Shown here piece by piece: positions 1 to 11,221 of a stretch of 38,547 nucleotides of DNA; within the stretch, counting starts at the first letter, position 1, and each line of letters opens with the position of its first letter. The stretch is from Folioceros fuciformis (Eukaryota), in the NCBI GenBank assembly GCA_049999805.1, contig JBNGIO010006333.1, forward strand, positions 1 to 38,547, read 5' to 3'. The position numbers and the translations under genes are program-made. A model generated the notes under the pieces. The model was given only the letters and a program-made list of their open reading frames with translations, searched no databases and had not been told where the DNA came from.

Positions 1-301
1 GTACAACTCAAGTTCCCTACTTGGTCCCATACATCCGCACCTGCCCTGTTGTTCTCAGCATATCTTTTATCCTCCTTTCTTAAATGTAGGAGGATCTGCA
101 CTTGATCTGCTTTTACATAATTTATTTGGGGAGGAGGAAGATTGAGGAACAATATCCATGAAAAAACTAATCTTAAAAAGAATAATCAAAGATGAATGGA
201 ATGCCTGAAGCTTCATCAAGCTTGGGGCCTTGGTTAAGCCGAGAGAGCCACGACTGCGACTGGATAAAAAAGTCGTCCAAGGGGACTTCTTGAACACTCG
301 C

Positions 302-330
302 GGGCTGGGCTGGGCTGGGCTGGGCTGGCT
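302..330. repeat. (GGGCT)n pentanucleotide microsatellite
   Basis: Five tandem GGGCT units followed by GGCT, read directly from the sequence. Confidence 0.9.
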
Positions 331-1441
331 GGTGCCTTCAAATGGGCAGTTAAAGGATCCTTATCCGAAATGCAGGCCGAACGCAACGTTCTATGTCGGG
401 TGATGTGTGTCTACGTATTAAGGCTTGCTGTACGTTAAACAGGGATTGTAACAGACCGGAGCTCACCTAACCCAACAACAAACGGACAAGAAGCACTGAC
501 AACGGGCTGACACTGGCACGCCTCTGTCGCCCACCACCCGCTGCTCTCCTCGGCTGCCCATCTGCAGAGCTGTATAATAACTCGCACAAATGCGTAGAAT
601 AGTGGCTTGCCTCCCACCGATTCCCTCCCTTGCTCTGCAATTGGCCCTGCCACATCCTTTTACCATCATTCGCCCACTCGGCCTCTTCTCCTTCACCGAT
701 GTGCAGTGTGGCAACTGCAGGACCGGGTCGATAGCTTTCGTGGCCGCTCCTTCCTCCCGTCTTCGTTGTTTTGTCTCCTCCACCCCCTCTCGCGGCCCTT
801 CCAACACCTTGCTTGCCCTTCGTCTGCAGAAATCGTCCAATTTGGTGAGAGTCGGAGGCGCTCAATGACCTTGCCTTGCCCGTCTTAGATCTAGGGGGCT
901 GTCGTTCTGTTGTTGCCTACCTCTTTCTCTACTGCTCTTTCCGAAGGGAAGCCAGCAGCCCAGCTGCTGCTCGCGTTGGAATTAGGATCCCTACCTTTTC
1001 TGCCATGCGCCTAAATTTCTAGTCCGTGTAGCATTGCTGGAGCTTCGGTGGCTCGGTGCCGGTGGAAGTCCCTTCGACCGTGCGTGTTCAAGGGCCCGCA
1101 ACTCGCGTCGCCACGGACGTGTGGGCACTGTGGAGGTTCCGGAAGACTAGGTGTCCACCTCCTTGGTCCTCGGCACTGTTCGGCTGCTGGCCGTCCGAGA
1201 CTGGTCACTGGGAGCTGGGATTCGGGTTCATCACGTATACGTGAAAGTCCTGTATGCCAGCCAAGAATGTGAAGCAGGTTGCAGTGCATGTCGGGTTCTG
1301 AGAGAAGGCTGCCACAATCTAGATTATTACTGTGGAGCAGGATCCAGCTGGAGGGACTGGGCTCCCGCAAGATGCTTCAGGAGTAGGTTCCTCTACATGT
1401 AGGGAACCACTTTCGGAAGTTCCTTGCATGCAAGAGAGATC

Positions 1442-4339
1442 ATGTTGCATCATTACTGTGCACGAACCAATCAAGAAGTCATTCACGTTGTGCTGTTTGT
1501 CGCCGCCCTCTTTCTGAGTTTGCTAAGTTTGGCGTCTTCCCTCCGAATCCCACTCGGCATCTCGTGGAGAAATAATGGCACTCTGCCGACGGCTGTGGGA
1601 GAGCTGGACGGCAAATATCGTGTTGTCAATACAGATGGGTCCCTTAACTATACGCTTGGATTTGTGGCCACCCTTCCCCCAGACTACTCCAGATTCACGT
1701 TCTCAGTGCTTGCGTTACAAAATTACTCCAGGCATCATCGAATTGTTCAGGGAACGGCTAGCGTCATCTGGTCGGCCAATAGAGACCTGCTCGTAGGGGA
1801 CGGTGCATTATTGCAGTTGGGACTGGATGGTAACCTTGTTCTCCATGATTTTGATGGACGACAAGCTTGGGCTTCAAATACCGGTAAGGATTTTCATGGT
1901 TAGGGTTTTAGAAGAAGGGGTTTCAGGTGCCATGTTTTGCAATGATCTTTCCTCTGCGATTGAAGTTCTGGGATAATGCGCACTGAAGCATGACTTGTTG
2001 GCTTGCCTTGTGTCACATCGCCATCAGCTCGACAAGGTGTGACTGGGATGGAGCTGCTTCCCTCTGGGAACTTGGTTTTGACCTCACGCCATGGTATAGT
2101 ATGGCAGAGCTTTGATCTGCCTACAGATGTTTTAATGCCTGGACAGAGCCTCTCAGTGGGATCCCGTTTGGTCAGTAGTGTGTCGCCCTCTGATAGGTCC
2201 CCAGGCAAGTACTCACTGGTGATTGATCCTGACGGTGTCTACCTATATGCAAGCAGCCCATTCGACGGATTGCAGCCATATTTTGGTCCTGGTTTCGGTG
2301 GGAGGCCAGGCGTTTTGCGCTTCTTCACTGGTATCAACGTGAGTAGGAGCCAGTACCTCCTACCGGGTGGCTCTGACTGCTTCAGCCTGATCGACATTGG
2401 TGCTGTTTACTCTCAAAATAACTCCTTGGTGCTACGTGAGCACTGGAATGTGTCTCGCTGTAACATCTCCCATCTTACTTTGGATACCCGTGCTGCGTTG
2501 AGTCTTGATTCATTTGGTGCTCCCTTCGTTCCATGTATTGCACCTGTTATTGGGTGCTATCTCAAGCTAGACCCTGATGGAGATTTACGTCAGTACGAAC
2601 CCCGAGTGAGTAGAACAGGTATGACATGGAATTCCCCGGCTGGTAGTGACTTGCTCAGTGCTGCTGTAAATGATTCTAGCTGTTTGCTCCCAGACCAATG
2701 TGGGCCTTACGGAGTGTGCTCAGCTGGGGCTTGCAGCTGTCCTCACAATAGTTCATTTTCTCCAGATAGTTTGTTTCGATTCGTTAACCCTTCAGTGCCC
2801 CAATCGGGATGTACCCTATCAAGGCCGCTGGGTGACTGTAGCATGTCTAATCAGCAGACACTTCTAGAAGTGAATGGAGTCGCCTATTTCACAGTCGGAA
2901 ACAGCCACTTCACAGGACGTAGAGACAGGAATGTGACTATGGAGTTCTGCAAGCAAACCTGTCTGCAGAATTGCTCCTGCCGGGCCGTCTTCGTCACAAC
3001 TCAAGCTTACAGCTCTTCGAGAATTGGTGGGGAAACTAGCTGCTACTACACTCCCGAGCTTGCTTATGGTTTGAAAAATATCTCCTCTGAAGGAAATCAG
3101 TCAGTGCTTTTCAGTGCTTTCTTCAAAGTCCATGCTCCTGTTATTCTGTCGCAAGTGAGCCCTCCAGCTGGACTGGGTTCATCTCATCGTACAGTTACAA
3201 AACTCGCAGGCGTCATTTCCAGTGGGGTTTTTGTTCTTCTCATTCTCGTTTTTGTTCTGGCTCTTTACCTTTTCCACAAAAGGAGATTGAGGCTCTACAA
3301 AGCATCCAAAGAGGCTATGCTTTTGGCNNNNNNNNNNNNNNNNNNNNNNNNNNNNNNNNNNNNNNNNNNNNNNNNNNNNNNNNNNNNNNNNNNNNNNNNN
3401 NNNNNNNNNNNNNNNNNNNNNNNNNNNGTCCGGCTTCGAGGTTTCTGTCAGGAAGGCGTTCGCTTGCTGCTAGTCTATGAACTGGTTCCAAATGGTTCTC
3501 TTGATTCTTGGCTGTTTTGGAGACACCATGAAGTTGCTGTCCTGGATCATCTGGACAGCACCTCTGAGCAAAGGGAGGCTACGCAGGTGAAACTAGTCCC
3601 TGTTTTACCTTGGAATGTGCGTTTCAACATCTGTTTGGGCATTGCCCGTGGGCTGCTTCACCTTCATGAGGGTTGTGGTGAGCAAATTCTTCATCTCGAT
3701 ATCAGATCAGAAAATGTTTTGCTGGAAGTGGATTTTACTCCAAAAGTATCAGGTTTTGGCCTCTCTAGCTTGAAGGGTGAGCGTTCATGCGGCAGCATTT
3801 CGAGTCGGAAAGGGGGAGCCTACCAGGCTCCTGAGCTCCTCCTTCATGCAGCGGCAACAGCTGCCATGGATGTGTACAGCTATGGCATGGTTCTTCTGGA
3901 GATCATCAGTGGACGGCGAAACCTGGAAGTTGCATTCGATTCTAGCAAGGCATTCTTCCCTTCGTGGGCATTTGAGCAAGTTGAACTCGACAAACACATG
4001 GACCTGGTTGACGCCAGGCTGGAAGGTCTATTCGATCATTACCAGGCTGAGAAACTTATTCACATTGCTCTGTGGTGCATACAGGAGAGTCCAAAACTGA
4101 GGCCCCGGATGAGGTTCGTGTTGGAAATGCTTGAAGGCCAGGAGAAAATTCCAAAGGCACCTTCCTCTTTACATGTGGCCCTTCAGAACCCAGGGGAGCT
4201 CTTCGATGAGCTGGGTTCAGGGTTCAGCATGGAGAAACTGGACATAGCAAATTTTGATCAAAACTCAGACGTCTATGATCACGAGCTTGAGCTGTCTGAC
4301 GTAGAACTTCTGATGAGTCGGGATAGGAGTGACGACTGA
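1442..4339 (+). CDS. G-type (bulb) lectin S-domain receptor-like kinase, SD2-like; possible pseudokinase; exons 1442-1883 and 2028-4339, interrupted by an assembly gap
   Basis: Signal peptide (VLFVAALFLSLLSLA). B-lectin motifs WSANRD, LGLDGNLVL, WASNT, GNLVL, WQSFDLPTD. EGF-like CLLPDQCGPYGVC and PAN-like CKQTCLQNCSC. TM segment VISSGVFVLLILVFVLALYLF followed by HKRR. Kinase subdomains VRLRGFC, LVYE, GIARGLLHLHE, APE, DVYSYGMVLLEIISGRRN, ALWCIQE. A GT..AG intron at 1884-2027 (phase 1) joins ORFs 1424-1903 and 2003-4339 in frame (SNT-A-RQGVTGM). Confidence 0.92.
3328..3427. other. Assembly gap (100 N placeholder) inside the kinase domain
   Basis: Exactly 100 N. It replaces the juxtamembrane region and kinase subdomains I-III (GxGxxG, VAVK), so the true gap is probably longer. 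Confidence 0.97.
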
Positions 4340-5965
4340 TGGCCCATAAGGTGCTATCAAGTGGAACGTAAAGTGTGTGAATGCTCTCCATAGGTTGACG
4401 CAGGTGTTAGTGTTGCTAATCGTGAATGGGTGCACCATGGATGTCTGAGAATGTACATTACTAGCTGATGTCAGGGATAGAGAAAGCTGTATTTTATCTT
4501 CTTGTCACATTATTGACAGATGAATCCTCCTGGACGGTGCAACTATCCCAGTGCTGGTCTACCTGGCGCTGGAGGTCATCGTCGGATCGGAGACGTCAGA
4601 GTCCTTAGTTGACCGACTGCGTGACTTTCCGAAACTGTGAGGGGGATTACAGACCTTGTCTCCTGGCAGTAAGGTGGGTGGGAGTGTTTTCTTTTGGACG
4701 AACAGATGCAGAGGTTGAAAAAAAAAAAAAAAAAAGGAGTAAACCCCGCCCCCATCTCTACGCTGTTGACCATGTAGACAGAGGAGCACTTCCTTGTCGG
4801 CAAGCGTGCCTACAGGCAGTGATGCCAGCGTTTCTCTGGAAGCCACTAGTCAATGATTTTCCTGGCGGTGCCGGTTTCGTGCTTTGCTTTGCTGAATGGT
4901 CTGCATCCCCTTAATAATGGCCGGCCCCTTTGGCTGGAAGTGCTGCTTGGGCCCACTGCCTGCCCAAGGGGGTGTAGGCTGTTCTGGGGTGGATATGGCA
5001 TGCAGTACACAGTGGGGCCGAGACGTCAGAGTTTGGTGTCATGGAAATGCGACGAAGCCATTTCCATGAGGCTGTGGAGACGGCATGTCGTCTCCTGCTG
5101 CTTGTTGGAGAAGCTGTCAAACTGAGCTCCGGTATTGTATCCTGCTGACCTTTGGACCCATTTATCTGAGATGACCGCGGTGAGTGTAACGTACCTAGCC
5201 CACCACCACCCTTGCACCAGAGTCATCAATTTGCCCATATTTTGCAGGAACCCGGGATCGATCTTGACAACTGAAAGCGCAATTGCGTGTGGCCCTCCGG
5301 ACTCTCTGTGTCCCGCCAATCAAATCCTTATCATGCGTGGTATTATTTGCGTTTTGATGACAATCAGGATGGACAGGTCGCAGCGTCCTTCACAAGCCTA
5401 GGTACAGTACAATAATGCCGGATGCTTGATTAATCTCGGTAAGGTAGGCACAGCCAGCGCCGGTGCAGTCTTGAATCATGGGACCCAGCAACGTCCGGGC
5501 TAGGGTGGGTACCTGCTAGAACCAGACCTGGTGGAACGTTCGCATTGGGGAGGAGTGGGAAGGGAAGGGTCGGGTGTTTTGGTACGTCTGAAGAAACGTC
5601 CACTTCCTTACTTGGACAAGTAGGTTGGGACAAGGGACCATGTCTTGATCCACGTGCCCCCAGGGGTTCTGTCCTTCCCCATCCTCTGCTCTGCCTTCTG
5701 CCCTCTGCCCTGCTCTGCACTGTCTCTGCTGCATGGGAAGGCTCAACCGCCAGCTAGCATTCCAGTACGTTGCCACTCCCTCTTTCTTCTCACAGCCAGC
5801 TACTCTTCCCCCCCGATCCTTCCCCCTGAATCTGATGGGAGGATTATATATGGGGCTCCCAATGTCATCGCAGAGACACTCACCAGCCCGCGTACGAACA
5901 TATCATCTTCCTCACTCGCAGCAATTGTGCTTCAGGTTCGGACGGCATTCTTCCTCCTCACTGTG

Positions 5966-6593
5966 ATGGCTCGATCTTCGTGGCCCAAAGGCATGCTGCT
6001 CCTGCTTTCCGTCGTTCTGTCATCTTGTTTAGTATCGGCGGAAGTTACCGATCGAGTCAGGAGTCTTCCGTCGCCTCCAAAGTACCATCACCACCCGCCA
6101 CCGCCTTCTCCTTCTCCGGTACGTGAATTTCAGCGGTGCCATCCGGGATTGAACCATGGCCAAGCTCGCCAACATTGACGCATTCCAGAGGTTTGATGAA
6201 GTTCCAAAAGCTAATACAGTCCCGTTAACCCGTTGAATGCAGTGTCCCAGAGGCGAGCGGTTATGTGGAGGGAGCTGCACCAACGTGACCATCGATGAGA
6301 CAAATTGTGGAGCTTGCGGAAACCAGTGCGCTGCCACGTTCAACCCATACGGCGCGTGCTGCGGAGGGAAATGCGTAGACTTCGGGTACGACAATCACAA
6401 CTGCGGGGCTTGCCAACGTTCTTGCGGCAAGAATAGCAGCTGCTGCTCCCAGGCATGCGTCGATACGCAGACAGATTTGCTGAATTGCGGCACCTGTGGC
6501 AACTTCTGTCCCACTACTTACTGCTGCAATGGCAAATGCACCGATCAGAAAACCGACTCGGAGCGGTGTGGCTGTGATCCCTTCTGTCCTTGA
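5966..6593 (+). CDS. Secreted STIG1-like cysteine-rich protein, 167 aa; exons 5966-6118 and 6243-6593
   Basis: Exon 1 encodes a signal peptide (MARSSWPKGMLLLLSVVLSSCLVSA) and a Pro-rich linker. A phase-0 intron GTACGT..TGCAG (6119-6242) joins it in frame to exon 2. Exon 2 has repeated C-x-D/N-x3-D-x2-NCG-x-C-x3-C units typical of the STIG1 domain. Confidence 0.88.
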
Positions 6594-8197
6594 CAAGGTC
6601 TGGGTGTGGGCTGCCGGTGCCAACCTGCATTTACGGGGTAGGTTGGTTCGTATGATTCAGGAGGGGATGAGGTAGCATCTCGCTGCGCCAACCTTCCGAT
6701 TTAGCTCCTGGATGGAGGGTGTGAATTTGGCATGTACATATCGGTGCTCTTTGGTTGTTGCCTCTCGAAGAGAGCCGACGTCATTGATGCACAGAATGAC
6801 TTAGCGCGGTGTTCTGTAAGGAAACCATGAGGTCCGCAAGCAGACCTGGTGGATGTTTTGCTGTCCTGCACTTCGGGCTGTGGTTTGCAGTAATCCCGCT
6901 GTCAGGCAAGGAACGAGTGGAATTTGAACTCCAGGGTGTTTTTCAGAGGCCGTTGCCGCCATTCCTGGTCCCGAGACAGCGGCCCTTCCCCAAGTCGTTC
7001 CACAGACGGAAGCCCCAGGCCTACAGTCATTGCCGCTTTCCAACGAAAAACGCGTGCGTGCAGAGGAGGATTCTGCGCGGGCCATGCGGCTTCTGCTACC
7101 AGGACCCTCCACTCTCGTACAGATTCCACTGTCCCGTAACTCTGCGCCTCACCCAGATAGCGGAACAGTTCCATCCCTCTCCAGTGCAACCACTAGTCTG
7201 CATGTCCTTCTCACTTGTGCAGACGATGCTGAAAAGTGGTGGTCCACAGCCTCAGGCTGACCAGGCCCGTTTCTGGTGCTCCTGAGTCTTGCCGCTGTGG
7301 CAATTTGCCTTCGGCGCAGACTGGCCTGTTGTGCCGTGCTCCAACGAACTCTACACTTTGTGCGGTGGAACCATCCAATGTGTATACAAGAAAATACATG
7401 TGGACGGAAAGGCTGCTTGCTTCCCACCGCAAACCGATGCAGTCCATGGTTTTAAAAGACAATGCATCCGTTCAGCTTGGAACCTGAGGCAACAACGCTT
7501 GGAGTGGTTTTGACGGCATTAGTCACGGCTTCTTACCTCGTTCCTCTTGTGGCTCACTCTGCCCCTCTCGCAGTAGCAAATGTCCTAGATTTGGTGGACG
7601 AGGGAGGATCGCCTTGGATCCAGTCGTGGATTGTTTGTTCCAGGCATATCTAGGTACACACGTACAATGTCGGTGTTACAGCAGTCGTTTTATGCACGAG
7701 AAAAACACACCAGTCACTCGTATTGTGGCCGTATGGCATTAATGTAAGCACGAATGTTATGACATTCTCGTGCCTCCAAACGTGGCGGAACGGAGGGGCC
7801 GTAGGGCGTCATTTTTGAGGGGCCATAAACGTTGGTTGATATACACAAGAGGGAGGCTGGCCGGACAGGTTTTCTTCATTGACCTGGGGGAGACGTAGGG
7901 AAGGTGAGGCGATGCCGCGGTGAGAGCGTCCTCCCTGCCCTGGCTGCCCGCTGCCTACGAGTGCCTGCGGCAAGTTTAACTGAGGACGGCTTGCCGGCCA
8001 GCTGTTGTCCACATGATAGCACACAAAGATGGTCGATCGACGAGTAGCATTCTGAGGCTTCGGTTTAAAGTGGAGTTTCCGTCGGCAGCTGGGCCGCCAG
8101 TAACCGGCGGGGTCCGATTCTGCGGGCTCGTAAAGGTGGTCGGCGGAAGTTGCTCTTCCTGCTGCTGCTGCAGCAACGTTGTGTGTTGTGCTCGAAA

Positions 8198-10176
8198 ATG
8201 ACGAGCAGCAAGATGCAGCTTGCGGTGCGGGTCACGGTCCTGGTTGCAGCCCTGCAGGTGTCGGCAGCCTTCTTCGGGCTGTACCACGAGCACCATCTGC
8301 TGTCGTGCACCAGTGCAATCGCGTCCGTGCTCCTGAGATTCAAATTGCCCCAGCCCAATTCGCTTCTTGGAGAGGAATTGTTGTTGGGCGATTCCAATAT
8401 CGCAGCTCCCGAATTGAAGCTTCCTGAACAGAGGCAGCTGACCCCCTTGGGCCAGCCGCATTACCAGTTCGTGCGCTACAGCGCCTACAGGTGAACCATT
8501 TCCCGTCTGCTGCCGCTGCCGCTGCTGCTACGTACAGGCAAACCGTGCTCTTCTGCGGTCACTGAGCGATTCCACTCCGGGCGTTTTGCAGGGAATCCCT
8601 CGTATCCTTCTTTGTCATCGGACTGTCTTCGCGCATTACTCGTGATTATGACAAGCCAGTCTACGATTGCATTTGGCGTGCTGGGGATGTGTCATATCAG
8701 GGTTCAGATGTCACGACCGCCGCCAAGCTGCACTATGTCAAGTACGACGAGCACGATGTTGCCTACGGCGTGCTGGTGGTGGAGTGCAGGTTCCGGAAAC
8801 AGGTGGGAGCTGATGCTCTCGGAGGCCGGCTCTATCTTTCTGTGTTCTCCGGGCCTCCTAAAGGAGCGGTACGCAGTAAATATGTGTGGCCAAGCATTGT
8901 CCAACAGTATAGAGAATTCTTGAACCTAGCTGCAGTATATTCTTACCCCCGTGCTTGGAATGGTAAACTGCACAGGTTCAGGAGGCCATGGTACTGCAAG
9001 AAGGGGCGAATAGCAGCTTTGCTGGTCAGGCAGCAGGGCCTCCTCCGTTAAACTATTCTTTCTGCAGCGCCCCGATTGCAGGAAATGTGAGCCATGAGCT
9101 GCTGCAGCAGTGGCTCACGTACCACCTCTACCTCATGGAGGGCAAGGCTCATTTTTTCTTCTACAATGTGGGCGGTCTCGCAAAGGAGGGGCTCAAGCTC
9201 TTGGAGCCGTTTATTTCAGCAGGGTTTTTGACGATCACCAACTTCGCTGATGAGTTTGTGTATCCATCTTGGTACCATGCCCAGGTTGGTATCACTCTTG
9301 TACACCTCGTCCTTTTTGAATTGCCTAGCGGGACTGTCGACATTGCATGCGCTGTTTATGCATGCACACTGGTATCGAGTGTGTTCCATGGGCGTGCCCG
9401 CAGGTGCTGTTCATTAACGACTGCCTGCATCGAAGTCGCTTCCTTGCGAATTGGGCTGTCTTCTTCGACTTCGACGAGTTCATCTTCTTGCAACCACCCC
9501 TCACACTGGCGGGTATTTTCGAAAACCTTCCTGGGAATGCAACAGGCGTTACCTTGGGAAGCTGGCCAGTGGGAACATCTCACTGCAGGCCTGCAAAGAA
9601 TTCTGATGAATGGCCGGTCCAGCGCATGGTTTTCAAGAAACAGCCGGGGCCCGAATGCAAGTAAGCTGGCTGACCCCAACCTGTTCAAGAATTGAAGTGT
9701 CTCCAGGGTTCAAATGTACATCATGGTCGTGAAGTAGATGCTCTCCATTTCTTGAACAGGACAACTCAGGCAGATGGCTCATGGCTGATTTCGTCCACGT
9801 GATTTGTTTGGACAGGAAACCCGAAGACTTCTCAGTGTGGTTGTGTCCCAGACTTTGGGGCCGTCGCAAAGTGATCTTAGATCCTCTGAAGGTTACAGCA
9901 GCGGCTGTCCACCACGCTGTCAGGCCAATCAATGCCGAGGTTCATCTGAATGCTTCCGTGGTGAGACTGGATCACTTCCGAGGAGCTCTTTCCAAGAGAT
10001 TACCTGTATGCGTTGATACTTGGAACGTCTCCAGCTTTCCGGACCAGCACAGGAACCCGAAGTATTCCAAGCTGTACGTGGAGCCTGACGAGACCCTCTC
10101 AGAAGCCATGGCTGATGCTAGGATTTATGTGCCAGAACGTTATCTGAAGTCATCATCGGTGAATCGGCTGAGTTGA
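8198..10176 (+). CDS. GT92 (DUF23) galactan beta-1,4-galactosyltransferase (GALS)-like glycosyltransferase, paralog 1, ~498 aa; exons 8198-8490, 8592-8868, 8976-9284, 9404-9660, 9816-10176
   Basis: N-terminal TM anchor. Motifs matching GALS: FVRYSAYR, FFVIGLSSR, YSFCSAPIAG, WLTYH, HFFFYNVGG, WYHAQ, INDCLHRSRF, FFDFDE (DxD), RRKVILDP, VH, RLDHFRG. All four introns are GT..AG and keep frame (1497 nt). The start codon is inferred. Confidence 0.9.
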
Positions 10177-11221
10177 CGTTCCTCCACGAACGGCTTCCAG
10201 GTAGCTTGAAAGAGAGGCTGCACAGCCTTAGCTTCCTCACGAGGCAGGCCTCGCGACCCAGGACTTCCAGAGCAAGTTCTGGGCCGGGCAGCCTGTCTCA
10301 GTGAGTATCATGCCCACCCAAGCGCGTGATGCCCCACTCCCCTACCTTGCCATTGTCCATAGTGAAGTGAGGTGCCCGTGGTGGAATCGGCGCAGGCCAC
10401 CACCTGTTGGACAGACGACACTTCAGTAGGGAGTATACGCATACCCATTTATGGGCACTCCTGTCCAGTAATGCCTTTTATGTGCTGGAAAATGCAGCAT
10501 ATACGCATTTAATGCTGATGGACAAGTGTCTGGCATGCAAGTAGGTAGCAAGCCCAGTTTTAAGGGCTAACGGCGTGGTTCACATTGGCTCCATCTGCAG
10601 TGACGGAAGAGTTGAATAGAGGAATTGGCAGGATCAGTGAGACAAACACGGAACCCCAGAGAGAGTGTGTGAATGTGTGCAGAAAGCGGATCTCCTAGAA
10701 AGCATGCGATTTCGCGTTCCGGGTAACGTGGTGGAGGGATGATTTCGCTGCTCTTGGCAATTGCAGTGCCGTCAAGCTTCTTCCTCCCTTGAAAGGCACC
10801 TGTTCCACGCCTGGGGCGCATTCACGTTTATGCGACTCGATGCAGCAACTTGCGCAAGGAGGGAAACGCTAGAGAGCATGCTCGTAGCCAGGTCCCTGTG
10901 GCGGTGATAACTGCCATTATGAGGAGCCCGGCCGATGTACAGAAGACTGACGGCGACTGGAACTCGGTCGTTTTGTAGGAATATGAATTTGTTTGACCGA
11001 GACAATCCATCCCGCACCTGCTATCGTTCCCTTGACCATGGTTGCCGCCTGGTGCACTGTCCTGTAGTACAGTGCTACATGCTTTCGGCAGGTGCTGTTG
11101 GCATCTGATAGAATCTTGAGTTGTGTCTCTGTCTCCCATAATTTTATCCCTCAGCACAAACGGCAAGAACTCATCTTGGCAGGTCGCCTCCACAAATAAC
11201 AGGGATTGGTTGAAGGGCAGG

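Noticed and set aside
1-1400. Many overlapping 60-130 aa ORFs upstream of the receptor kinase
   Set aside because: No recognisable motifs or consistent splice structure; expected by chance in GC-rich DNA.
2003-4339. The 778-aa ORF as a complete protein with a shortened kinase N-lobe
   Set aside because: Its start lies in an intron, and frame continuity across a 100-N placeholder is coincidental; the missing subdomains are unsequenced, not shown to be deleted.
4550-5500. Short ORFs between the kinase and the STIG1-like gene
   Set aside because: No family resemblance that I can identify; a gene cannot be supported without transcript data.
6800-7660. ORFs 6809-7285 (+) and 6902-7189 (-) as a possible extra gene or GT92 remnant
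   Set aside because: No convincing GT92 or other motif and no coherent exon chain.
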